From assembly GCA_963662585.1 (NCBI GenBank), contig OY759729.1:480001-544000 (forward strand): DNA of 64,000 nucleotides, in the 5' to 3' direction. The position numbers and the translations under genes were made by a program. The DNA comes from Candidatus Cloacimonadales bacterium. GTDB taxonomy: Bacteria > Cloacimonadota > Cloacimonadia > Cloacimonadales > JAFGVF01. Positions 31,064-40,718 of this stretch are shown one piece after another; position 1 is the stretch's first letter, and every line of letters starts with the position of its first letter. The notes under the pieces are model-generated. The model had not been told where the DNA came from. It was given only the letters and a program-made list of their open reading frames with translations, and made no database searches.

Positions 31064-32153
31064 TCAGATTATAGCTAAGATTTAAAACATCAGTGTTATC
31101 ATTAGCAACACTATTATCAGATTGAAGATAAGGATAACCTGCATTGTTTAACTCTATATCCTCAGACCAAGTATCAGTAAAATCCCAATTCACATAGCAG
31201 TTATTACTAGAAGGGAAGGTCATTTCTTCTGTAGTTCTACCTTCTCCCCCATCACTAGTTGAGTATTCAGAAGCTTCCACATCCCAGTAGGAGTTATTTA
31301 TTATCGCGTTGTAATGATTTTCTCCGACAAAACCACCTACTAAGTAGTTATTTTCTACAATTACTTTACCGATTGAATAGCAGTTTTCGATAATAGCATC
31401 ATTCATTTCACTCACTACTTTGGCATTATAGCCTATGAAGCCACCAACCAATCCATCGATTTCAGATGTAACATCGCCAAGAGCGTAACAGTTGAGTATT
31501 GCAGAATCTCTGTTTACACCCATAAATCCACCGGCCCTAACATAAGAACCATATTCTCCTGTTGCAGTCACAGCGACATCCGCAAAGGATTTTGTAACCG
31601 AGCTATTACCTACACTTCCACCGATTAAGCCTCCGACCCAATATTCTGCTGTTATAGAACCTCTAGCATAACAGTTAGTAATCTCACATTCGGTACTGTA
31701 GCCAACTAAGCTTCCTGAATAGCCTTTAGCAGTAATATTTACATTTTCAAGTCCTAGATTTTCCACTCCAGCAGAACTGAATTCTCCAAAGAAGCCTACA
31801 TTTTCAGTGTTTGGTCTATTGATATAGAGGCCAATAATTTTATGATTATCGCCTTCATAGTAACCTGTAAATCTTTCGTAATCTTCTTGTGAATGCCAAT
31901 ATCCTATTGGTGACCAGCCAGCTCCGTTGTTCCAGTTTTGAGTATCAGAAGCATCAATATCTGCAATTTGAATAAAATAGCTATTCCAAGAACTACTATT
32001 ATCGCTTATCCAAAGCAAGTTCTCTAAAGAAGCTACTTGGTAAGGATCTGCATTTGTTCCACTGCCCTCAGGTATTATTGCTTGGGCAAAAACTGATAAT
32101 ACTAAAAAATTCAAAAATATAATTATCCCTACAATCTTTACTTTCATTCTCAT
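30804..32153 (-). CDS. Secreted GLUG-motif protein with FlgD-Ig/T9SS-like CTD
   Basis: Signal peptide, GSGTNADPYQV, repeated VGGLIG/CYA.G.V units, NYPNPFNP CTD. Confidence 0.88.
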   Translation of the reverse strand: MRMKVKIVGIIIFLNFLVLSVFAQAIIPEGSGTNADPYQVASLENLLWISDNSSSWNSYFIQIADIDASDTQNWNNGAGWSPIGYWHSQEDYERFTGYYEGDNHKIIGLYINRPNTENVGFFGEFSSAGVENLGLENVNITAKGYSGSLVGYSTECEITNCYARGSITAEYWVGGLIGGSVGNSSVTKSFADVAVTATGEYGSYVRAGGFMGVNRDSAILNCYALGDVTSEIDGLVGGFIGYNAKVVSEMNDAIIENCYSIGKVIVENNYLVGGFVGENHYNAIINNSYWDVEASEYSTSDGGEGRTTEEMTFPSSNNCYVNWDFTDTWSEDIELNNAGYPYLQSDNSVANDNTDVLNLSYNLTNYPNPFNPETTISFNMPQAGKANVQIYNLRGQLVKTLLNDQVSVGIKNVVWNGTDAQNRPVASGLYFYRIKTDKNTIQRKMLLQK

Positions 32154-32298
32154 TATCCTACCTTATAATTATTTTACATCATTAACACTGTTAATAATAC
32201 ACCAACTCTAATTATAAAGTCTTTTTGTCAAGTTTGATATTTAACTTTGATAATGTAGTGTCTGGGTTAAAACTGAAATTTGCTTTAAATTCAAAGTA

Positions 32299-33360
32299 TC
32301 ACATTCCCTTGGGAAGTGAGGGTATTTTATTGTTATCCTCTGAAAGTTGCTTATATAGATTAATAAAGCTTTGCCCTCCACCCATTATGCTTTGAGTAAT
32401 CCCTTCTATTCCATAATGCTCTTTGATATGATAAACCATAAATAGACCTGTTATGCAAAGGTATTTATCCCAGAATTGCCCATAAGTCCCTTCATTAACT
32501 GTATTTCTTCTAACTTCAATAGATTGAGATTCAGCAAAGATAACTTCCGCTTTTGATTCTAACATTTTAAATGCTCTTTCTTCCAAATCTTTAATATTCT
32601 CACTTTGTTCATAAACTTGTGCAATTTCAGCCCCATAAGCAATAAAGTGAGCTATTCCTTCATTCAAAATTAAGGTAAGAACTTCCTCGGAAAAGCTATT
32701 TTCATTCTTTTGCAGCCAATAGCTATTTGTATAATCTGAAAACAAGGCATGGAATATTTCATGGGACATTACATTTTTAAGAGTATTTACCCTTTGTTCG
32801 GAAGTTTTGCCGTATGTTTGGGCTGCAATAGTTAGATTAAAAATGATAGCAGGTCTGCCCTCCTTAGAAAGCCTATATTTATCATCTTCCTCTGTATAGT
32901 GAAAAGTCATTGCATCGCCCCACTCCCAGCCAGTTACGGCAAAGAATATTTCATATTTTTGCTGAGAGACATAAGAAGCAGGAAAGTACTTTTTAGCTCT
33001 GGCATAGACCTCTGCTTTAAAATCAGATTCATTGATAATCTTGATAAATTGAGTTATTTCCCTTTGATTAATTAAAATTTCATCAATGAGATAGTTTGGT
33101 TTAGGCAAGGAATCGTTTTGAGCAAACTTGACTAATATTGTGTCAAAGGGTAAGGCATTTTTTTCCTCTTGAAACATTAGTTGCTCCATAATTTGATTTC
33201 CTGGTAATCCACTGATTCTTAAAATATCTTCTTTCTTACTGCCACCCTTAACCCAGTTAAGAGTTGATTCAGCAGTTTCAGTATTAAGAATTATAGAATC
33301 TGAAGCTGATATATCATTAACTAGACACAAACTAAATACTACTAGTAAAATTAAAAACAT
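32299..33360 (-). CDS. Putative secreted Zn-dependent protease (DUF5700/DUF2268-like)
   Basis: HEIFH with downstream NEGIA. Confidence 0.65.
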   Translation of the reverse strand: MFLILLVVFSLCLVNDISASDSIILNTETAESTLNWVKGGSKKEDILRISGLPGNQIMEQLMFQEEKNALPFDTILVKFAQNDSLPKPNYLIDEILINQREITQFIKIINESDFKAEVYARAKKYFPASYVSQQKYEIFFAVTGWEWGDAMTFHYTEEDDKYRLSKEGRPAIIFNLTIAAQTYGKTSEQRVNTLKNVMSHEIFHALFSDYTNSYWLQKNENSFSEEVLTLILNEGIAHFIAYGAEIAQVYEQSENIKDLEERAFKMLESKAEVIFAESQSIEVRRNTVNEGTYGQFWDKYLCITGLFMVYHIKEHYGIEGITQSIMGGGQSFINLYKQLSEDNNKIPSLPKGM

Positions 33361-33454
33361 AAAACTTCCTTTTAATGAATTATCAAATAGTTATGATTAT
33401 CTAAACGATTTACACTTTAAGTCATAAAATTAAGAATGCTCTTTTTCATCTTTC

Positions 33455-34051
33455 TTACCCCTCAAAAGCAAAAATAGAGTTTCTAGTCCAATTAGCTATC
33501 TCTTCCCAATCTCTAAAGTCTCCTTCAGGTGCTTTAACCAGCTTGATCATCATTCTTTTGAAAAAGGATAGTTTCTTAGGATTTATTACTCCTGCAAATC
33601 TACCTTCACTAATAGGTTCTACTAATCCCCTTTCATAAGTCAGAAATTGCGGAACTTGATCTAGTTTCTCTTGATCAGTCGAGGTTAAATTCATACAAGT
33701 AAGAAAATAAAATACTTTTTTTGACTGTAATTGTTCAGCATTATTCTCTACGAAATTAGTTGCCTCTTTTTTCCATTTTCCTACATAGATAGGACTGCCA
33801 ATCATAATGACATCATATTCAGTAATATCCTTTACAGCATCTACTTTGCATAGGTCAACTTCATAATCTGCTTCTAAGATTAAATCCTTAATAAAAATCG
33901 CAACTTCCTCGGTTGAGCCTGCTTCAGAGGCATATATAACAAGTACTTTTTTCGGGTTTTTATTCATTTGAGTCTCCATAGCTTCAATTTTATTTTGGGC
34001 AAATAGGCTTGCTATTAGTGAAAACATAAGCCAAATTGTTTTATACTTCAT
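33455..34051 (-). CDS. Flavodoxin-domain protein (HemG/Flavodoxin_5-like)
   Basis: YASEAGSTEEVA, IGSPIY, FAG, DFRDWEEI. Confidence 0.88.
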   Translation of the reverse strand: MKYKTIWLMFSLIASLFAQNKIEAMETQMNKNPKKVLVIYASEAGSTEEVAIFIKDLILEADYEVDLCKVDAVKDITEYDVIMIGSPIYVGKWKKEATNFVENNAEQLQSKKVFYFLTCMNLTSTDQEKLDQVPQFLTYERGLVEPISEGRFAGVINPKKLSFFKRMMIKLVKAPEGDFRDWEEIANWTRNSIFAFEG

Positions 34052-34664
34052 TTTCTACCTTTATTCCTTTCAGCTTAACAAATATTTCTATCATTTCAAT
34101 TGCCATAGCCATTGTTCTTCTTTTCAAAATGTCCAGATCGGGGAAAAAACTCCTACCTGTAACAAATTTTGCCATTTGGCCATGAATATAACTATTAACT
34201 GTATCTGTAATTTCCTCAGCTTCATTAGTTAAATCATATTCAGGATATATTCTCTCTAAAAATAGACAGAATTGCTTTCTAGGCATAAGAATTACTTGTT
34301 TTATCTTTTCAGGCATTTCTGCTTGAATCGGATCAAACCAAAGAAGAATATACCAACCTCTGTTGTTGATATAGAAATCTAAAAGACTCGCAAAGAATAC
34401 AGACATTTTCTCCTTAGAATCAAGCAGATTCTCAACGCTAGCCATTACGGTATCAACCATTCTAGTCATTATGGCTTCAATACAATCCCACTTTAATAAA
34501 CCGAGACTCTTGTAGTAATTATAAATATTCGGATGCGAACAGTTAAGTTTTTGAGCAATATCTCTTATCGTTACTTCACTTGATCCATTTTTTTCATTAA
34601 TTAATTCTAGGGTCGCTTCAATAATACTGTTTTTTGTAATTTTCTTTTTTATATTCTTTTTCAT
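34041..34664 (-). CDS. TetR/AcrR family regulator
   Basis: N-terminal HTH TIRDIAQKLNCSHPNIYNYY. Confidence 0.9.
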   Translation of the reverse strand: MKKNIKKKITKNSIIEATLELINEKNGSSEVTIRDIAQKLNCSHPNIYNYYKSLGLLKWDCIEAIMTRMVDTVMASVENLLDSKEKMSVFFASLLDFYINNRGWYILLWFDPIQAEMPEKIKQVILMPRKQFCLFLERIYPEYDLTNEAEEITDTVNSYIHGQMAKFVTGRSFFPDLDILKRRTMAMAIEMIEIFVKLKGIKVENEV

Positions 34665-34680
34665 TATGCCTATTTCCTTT

Positions 34681-34695
34681 ATTACCTTAGGTCAT
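34681..34695. promoter_or_regulatory. Candidate TetR operator
   Basis: Imperfect palindrome ATTACCT-T-AGGTCAT between the minus-strand TTGACA (34716-34721) and the tetR RBS. Confidence 0.45.
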
Positions 34696-35114
34696 ATTTT
34701 TTCTGTATCTTCCTGTGTCAATTCCTTTTTAGTCTTTTTTACTAGATCTTATTTAACTGCTCTCCGCTTTTTCTTCCTCTGCACTTGCAATGCTCCATTT
34801 CACACATCTCAGTAATTATTTGACTTTTATATGTTATGTCTGTTGAGGAGTAGCAAGAGAGCAAGGAATGAAAAGAAGATATCCAATAAATATTAAGTAA
34901 AAAGAATGAAATCAAGCAAAATAATACAAGTATTACTTGACTGATAGGATAAATGCTATATCCTGTCATTAGATTACAAATATATTCTTTTTTATCTTCT
35001 TTAAATGATAATTATTTATCTATTATAGTTAGATATTAAAGTTTATTAAGCATTAACATCGAAATTAAATTATTAGTAAATATGAACAAAAAAAATAAGA
35101 AGAAAAAAGGAATT

Positions 35115-36266
35115 ATGAGTTATTCAACAGAAATTATTCTGAGTAAAAGTGCTATCAAAAATAATATAAATTTTTTACAGAAACATTTTAAAAACAAATT
35201 ACGCATCTCATCTGTCGTTAAAGCAAATGCTTATGGACATGGTATTGAAGAATTTGTCCCAGTAGTTGAGTCTTGCGGTATTAACCATTTCTCTACATTT
35301 AACTATGAAGAAGCTAAAAGAGTCAGGAAAATAGTAAAAGCTGAAACAGATATCATGATAATGGGTTGGGTAGATCCTAAAGATTTAAAAGAAGCAATTA
35401 ACTCTGGCTATGAGTTCTTTGTGTTTGAGATGCAGAGACTTACTAATGCTCTTAAATATGCCAAAGAGCTTAATATAAAAGCGAAGATTCATATTGAAGT
35501 TGAGACAGGGTTAAACAGAACTGGTTTTAGTCATAAAGAATTTTTAAAGGCGATTGAGATAATTAAAAATAATTCTGAATATTTTGAAGTTAAAGGACTT
35601 TGTTCTCATTTAGCAGGTCCTGATAGTATTGCTAACCATGTAAGAGTAAAGAGTCAGATCAAGAAGTTAAAATCATATAAAAGTGAAATTATAAGCTTAG
35701 GAATAAGACCAGAATATTGTCATATAGCCTGTTCAGCTGGGGCAATAAGTTATCCTGAAGCAAGATTTGATTTAATCCGGATCGGGATTATGCAATATGG
35801 TTTTTGGTCAAGTAAAGAGACCTATTTAAGATTTATGAGTACAAGAATAAATAAGCATGACCCACTTAAGAGAGTTATCTGTTGGAAATCTAAGATTATG
35901 ACTATTAAAGAAGTTAAAATTGGTGACTTTATTAGTTATGGGACTTCTTATGTTGCTTTTGAATCTAAAGTTATAGCTATTGTACCTATAGGTTATTCAA
36001 ATGGTTATAGTAGATCTTTGAGCAATCATGGTAGAGTTCTAATTAACGGGGTTCCCTGTAATGTCATTGGATTGGTAAATATGAATATGATAATAGCAGA
36101 TGTTACAGATCTTTTTAGTGTGAATGTAGGTGATGAAGTTGTGATAGTTGGTGAGCAAAAGAATCATATTATCACTGTGGATTCTTTTAGTGAAATAAGT
36201 CAGCAAGTTAACTATGAGATTTTGAGCAGAATACCTAGGGAAATTCCAAGACTTTTAGAAGATTAG
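35115..36266 (+). CDS. alr: Alanine racemase
   Basis: VVKANAYGHG PLP lysine, ETGLNRTG, ISYG, PIGYSNG; start may be 35082 or 35115. Confidence 0.95.
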   Translation: MSYSTEIILSKSAIKNNINFLQKHFKNKLRISSVVKANAYGHGIEEFVPVVESCGINHFSTFNYEEAKRVRKIVKAETDIMIMGWVDPKDLKEAINSGYEFFVFEMQRLTNALKYAKELNIKAKIHIEVETGLNRTGFSHKEFLKAIEIIKNNSEYFEVKGLCSHLAGPDSIANHVRVKSQIKKLKSYKSEIISLGIRPEYCHIACSAGAISYPEARFDLIRIGIMQYGFWSSKETYLRFMSTRINKHDPLKRVICWKSKIMTIKEVKIGDFISYGTSYVAFESKVIAIVPIGYSNGYSRSLSNHGRVLINGVPCNVIGLVNMNMIIADVTDLFSVNVGDEVVIVGEQKNHIITVDSFSEISQQVNYEILSRIPREIPRLLED

Positions 36267-36301
36267 AAGATTTAAATTTCGTGTAAATTTGAATGATAGA
36301 T

Positions 36302-36326
36302 AAAAGCCCCGCTAGCGGGACTTTTT
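36302..36326 (+). terminator. Terminator of alr
   Basis: AAAAGCCCCGC ta GCGGGACTTTT. Confidence 0.75.
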
Positions 36327-36342
36327 AAGTTTGTCAGGGATA

Positions 36343-37822
36343 CACCCCCTGTGTCCCCCTCATAGAAGGGGATTTGTAGGGGCGTATTGCCATACACCCA
36401 TTAGAAAAACACCCCGTCTGCTTCGCAGCCACCCCTCTTTTAGCGTGCTTTCAGCACTAAAGAGGGGAGTTTAAGAGGTTTAGAACGCGAGGTATTTAAG
36501 TCCCTTCTGGTGAAGAGGGGTGCCTGCGCAGCAGGCGGGGTGTTGAAAATGTACCAGATTAAACTTCCATCTGCACATCTTTTAGTCTGCCTTTACAGAT
36601 TTGCTCCAGAGGAGCAGTTTCTTGGTAGCCTTGAATTAGTTAAAGAAATCCCATCGCTCCGTAGGTGCGAAGATATACAAATTATCATCATTAAAGCTTA
36701 AAATAAATAGGTTTTTTTTATCATAATCTTCATTGCCATAACATAAAAAGCAATTCGCACCTACGGAGCGATTGTTTTTGTGGGGGTGACCTTTGTGCTA
36801 CCAAGAAATAGCTCCTCTGGAGCTAGAAATTAGCACTTCAGACTTAAGTACCAAAAATAGCGGTTGAAAAGTGTGAAAATCCCTCTTCTGCCGGATAGTG
36901 GAGATTCTCTCCGCTGTGAATTGATAAATAGCAGATGAATAGTGTCTAAACTGCTTAAAAATCTTGAAATACCAGTGTCTAATGTGGAAGCAGAGACGCT
37001 TTCTACTCCATAAAAGAAAACACCCCCTGTGTCCCCCTACGGAGGGGGATCCCTCTTCTGTCGGATTGTGGACAACTTGTCCGCTGTGAATTGATAAGTA
37101 GTAGATGAATAGTGTCTAAGCTGATTGAAGATCTTGAAATCCCAGTTAATGGAAGCAGGGACGCTTCCATTCCATAGAAGAAAACACCCCGTCTGCTTCG
37201 CAGCCACCCCTCTTTTAGCGTGCTTTCAGCACTAAAGCGGGGAGTTTAAGAGGTCTAGAATGCGATGTATTTAAGTCCCCTCTGGTGAAGAGGGGTGCCT
37301 GCGCAGCAGGCGGGGTGTTGAAAATGTACCAGTTTAAACTTCCATCTACAATTCCCGTGGAAGCGGGGACGCTTCCATTCTATAGGAATCACCCCCTGTG
37401 TCCCCCTCGCGGAGGGGGATTTAAAAAACACCCCGTCATCTTCGATGCCACCCCTCTTTTAGCGTGCCTTCAGCACTAAAGCGGGGAATATAAGATTCAC
37501 GGACTTAAGGTCCGTAACCCCAGTTAATCACTAAAGAGGGGAATTTAAATTGTAATAATCCCTCTTCTGTCGGATTGCATGCACCCTTGCATGCGAAAAA
37601 CCTTATCAAAATCTTATATTATCTTAAGAAGAAACACGCGAGGTATTTCAGTCCCCTCTGGAGAAGAGGGGTGCCTGCGCAGCAGGCGGGGTGTTGAAAA
37701 TGTATCAGATTAAACTGCCATTTGTGTACCAGTTTAAACTTCCATCTACAAAAAATCCCCATGCAAGCAGGGGGTGCTTCCATAGGAAGCACCCCCTGTG
37801 TCCCCCTCGCGGAGGGGGATTT
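36343..37822. repeat. 1.5 kb mosaic of REP-like palindromic units, cluster 3
   Basis: Same units as cluster 2, plus GTAGGGGCGTATTGCCATACACCC and a ~100 bp direct repeat (36879-36976 and 37049-37146). Confidence 0.9.
36603..36823. mobile_element. Non-autonomous 221 bp element with nested inverted repeats (REPIN/IS200-derived MITE candidate)
   Basis: Outer IR 36603-36629/36797-36823 and perfect 18 bp inner IR 36654-36671/36754-36771 around an AT-rich core. Confidence 0.65.
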
Positions 37823-38089
37823 AGGAAATCTATTTTTGCAGAAGCATTTTTCTTTGAATAGTATTCTTATCAGTTTTTATTCTATAGAAGTAAAGGCCAC
37901 TAGCTACAGGTCTATTTTGAGCATCTGTGCCATTCCAAACTACATTTTTGATACCTACAGATACTTGGTCATTAAGCAAAGTTTTCACTAATTGACCGCG
38001 TAAATTATAGATTTGCACATTAGCTTTACCAGCTTGAGGCATGTTAAAACTAATAGTAGTCTCAGGGTTAAATGGGTTTGGGTAATTTG
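37157..38089. repeat. ~0.9 kb direct repeat, copy 2 (REP mosaic plus CTD coding end)
   Basis: Near-identical to 30156-31063. Confidence 0.92.
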
Positions 38090-40493
38090 AAGCAGTAAAT
38101 TGATTAACTAGGCTGATATCATTATCTTCATTACTTACAGGTATTCTTTCAAAGATAGAAATATCATCAAGCATTACGAACAAGCCAGCAGTTGAGACAA
38201 CTTGCACAGCTATTTTTATTTCTCCATTGTTATTTGGTAAAACGAAAGATAATCTAGTCCATTCTTCATCAGCTTCTAGTGGTGTTTCATTTAAGGAAAC
38301 AAATTCATTATCAGTCTCTTCAGATGCATAAAGTACATTGAACAATTCGCCATCTTCTAGAGTACCAAGTACACTTAAGCTTAGGATTTTCTCTCTAATA
38401 TACTCGTCAATAGGCACAGCAAGAGAAATAGAAGGAGAAATTAACCAATCATCATTAGCAACTTCTGAATCATTAGAAAAGGCTGCCGCAACTTTAAATC
38501 CGGAATAAGCTTCAATTTCCCTTATAAAAGGAGTTGTTTCAGCAGGATTAAAAATCATAAAGGCTTTTTCACTATCTTGGTTAGGATAATCGTAATAAGG
38601 TATATATTTGGTTACTTGATTATCATTATCTATGAGTTCCCAATCTCCAAAGCTAGTGGAGAAGTCAGAGTAATCTTCAAATTGATCAAGATAATCAGCA
38701 TCACTTTCTATATTAAAATAGAAGTAACTATCATAATTTTGGAAGTTAGTATATATTCTAACCATAATTTCATTTAAGCCAGAATATTGATTATTTTCAT
38801 AATGTTCAGTAGTAGCATTAAAGGAGTAATTATATGGTTCAGAAAGATGTACTTGCTGTGTCACTCCATTGATAAAAATCTCAATCATATCGATATTCAT
38901 TTCAGGAATTGAAGTATAAACTTCTAAATCTAAATTTATTTCATCACCAACATGAAAATATTGATTATTCATAAGATTAGGAATTGTAACTTCAGGAATA
39001 TAAGCACTATTATCTGAGAAATTAAAACTAACTACTCCACCTGTTTTAGTGATATTAGTGAGTCCTTTTGAGATATCATAGTTTCCCCATGAAGGAATGG
39101 CAGGAGAGCTATTGTCTGTAAATGAAGTAACAGAATAAGTAGGGAAAGGAGCATAGGAGCTATTAACACTACCTTGAGCAGGAACTATATAAAATCCTTG
39201 ATGAGAAGTTGTATTAATATTATTCTGATTTAGGTGAGAGCTTATCCAGTTTTCATCGGCATGATAAACTAATAATCCATTGCCAGGAACACCTGCATTA
39301 AAGCCTGTTTGCTGAACATTCTCTAACATTATATATTCACCATTAACAGGGGTATTAAAGAAGTAAACAACAGGATTACTTGTACTACTTGGGATTGTAA
39401 TGTTACCATCATAATAGAGTTCTTGTGGTTGAACCCAACCGTAATAAGTTTTACTCCACATATTATGGTGAGCAGGCCTGTCTCCTCCACCATTATAAGC
39501 ACCTGAGCCCATGATATCCCATTCACCTGTACCATCTTGACTACCATTTGTTTGATAATCAGTATCATAGAAATCAGGAGTTCCGAGATTATGACCAAAT
39601 TCATGACAAATAACACCAATACCTGCCATTGACCAATATTGCTTTTCTGCTTGCATGGTGTAATCTGATATTTGAACACCATCTAAAGTAACATAATATC
39701 CACCACCTACTAAAGAAAAGCTATGAGACCAGATGTCAGAGGTATCGCCTGTAGTTTCTTGTCCCTTACCTTGATGATAGATAGCAACGCCATCAACACT
39801 GCCATTACCATCATTATCAAATTGAGAGTAATCAATTAGAGGATCTGCAGCATAGACAGCATCACGAGCAAATTCAGCCCAACGAGATTGAGGTCCATAA
39901 TAATCATGATTATTTGGAACAGTTACCCAACCTATGACAGTTGTATTAACAGTAAGCTGACCATAGGATACTTCTAAATAATACTGTTTGAAACTTCCTA
40001 CTCCACTGTAATTATTTTGATTCATCATATTATTGAAACTTGATTGGGAGTATGTAGTGTTAGTATCAGTAAAGTTAGCTAAAATAAGCAGTAAGTTATT
40101 CTCACCAGTAGTTGGGAAACCTCCCATCCGAGAAGAAGATCTTAGTTCATTAGCTAAATTAACTTGAGCCTGGCTATAACGAAGATATTTAGGGATTGTG
40201 TTTAAGAATGAGGTCTCGTCAATTGTTCTGTTTTCAGGGTCATTTGCTAAGACTTCAGAAACAACTAAATCACCGTCTTGATCTTTAATTGCATAATATT
40301 TGCTCTTATCCTTGTTTAAAAGGGTATAGCCATCAGAAGTTTCAGACCAGTTTAATCTTTCATCACCTCTAACATAAATTTCTAAAGTTGTGCCATCAGC
40401 TTGGGTATAAGTCGTTAAATAAGGAGCTGCGGGAACAGCTAATAATCCATAGCAAGTAAGTATTGCTATCACTATAAGTATAATCCTCTTCAT
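37830..40493 (-). CDS. M6 family (immune inhibitor A-like) metalloprotease with cleaved-adhesin-like domain and CTD
   Basis: Signal peptide, propeptide QADG...RGDE, CHEFGHNLGTPDFYD, WDIMGSG, NDDWLISP, NYPNPFNP CTD. Confidence 0.92.
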   Translation of the reverse strand: MKRIILIVIAILTCYGLLAVPAAPYLTTYTQADGTTLEIYVRGDERLNWSETSDGYTLLNKDKSKYYAIKDQDGDLVVSEVLANDPENRTIDETSFLNTIPKYLRYSQAQVNLANELRSSSRMGGFPTTGENNLLLILANFTDTNTTYSQSSFNNMMNQNNYSGVGSFKQYYLEVSYGQLTVNTTVIGWVTVPNNHDYYGPQSRWAEFARDAVYAADPLIDYSQFDNDGNGSVDGVAIYHQGKGQETTGDTSDIWSHSFSLVGGGYYVTLDGVQISDYTMQAEKQYWSMAGIGVICHEFGHNLGTPDFYDTDYQTNGSQDGTGEWDIMGSGAYNGGGDRPAHHNMWSKTYYGWVQPQELYYDGNITIPSSTSNPVVYFFNTPVNGEYIMLENVQQTGFNAGVPGNGLLVYHADENWISSHLNQNNINTTSHQGFYIVPAQGSVNSSYAPFPTYSVTSFTDNSSPAIPSWGNYDISKGLTNITKTGGVVSFNFSDNSAYIPEVTIPNLMNNQYFHVGDEINLDLEVYTSIPEMNIDMIEIFINGVTQQVHLSEPYNYSFNATTEHYENNQYSGLNEIMVRIYTNFQNYDSYFYFNIESDADYLDQFEDYSDFSTSFGDWELIDNDNQVTKYIPYYDYPNQDSEKAFMIFNPAETTPFIREIEAYSGFKVAAAFSNDSEVANDDWLISPSISLAVPIDEYIREKILSLSVLGTLEDGELFNVLYASEETDNEFVSLNETPLEADEEWTRLSFVLPNNNGEIKIAVQVVSTAGLFVMLDDISIFERIPVSNEDNDISLVNQFTASNYPNPFNPETTISFNMPQAGKANVQIYNLRGQLVKTLLNDQVSVGIKNVVWNGTDAQNRPVASGLYFYRIKTDKNTIQRKMLLQK

Positions 40494-40718
40494 ATATCAT
40501 CCTTCCTTTTGATATTTATTATTTTAAGCTACTTTTTTTTTCTATCACTTTTATGTCTATGTTTTTTTATCTATAAACTATTTTATTAATAACAATTTAA
40601 GCAATTATAAAAAAAAGCTAAATTTTATTTTTAGATTCTTTGATTTTGCGATTAAGAATTTCTCTTGCCAAAGTTTTAACTCACTATTAAATGTCTATCA
40701 AAATAGAATGAGGTAAAT

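Noticed and set aside
30020..37822. CRISPR array or integron attC array in the repeat clusters
   Set aside because: Units are of several types, in mixed orientation and irregularly spaced; intervening sequences are themselves repeated; no cas or intI gene is present.
36510..37991. ORFs 36510-36701, 37285-37479 and 37722-37991
   Set aside because: They are translations of palindromic repeat units or antisense to the CTD.
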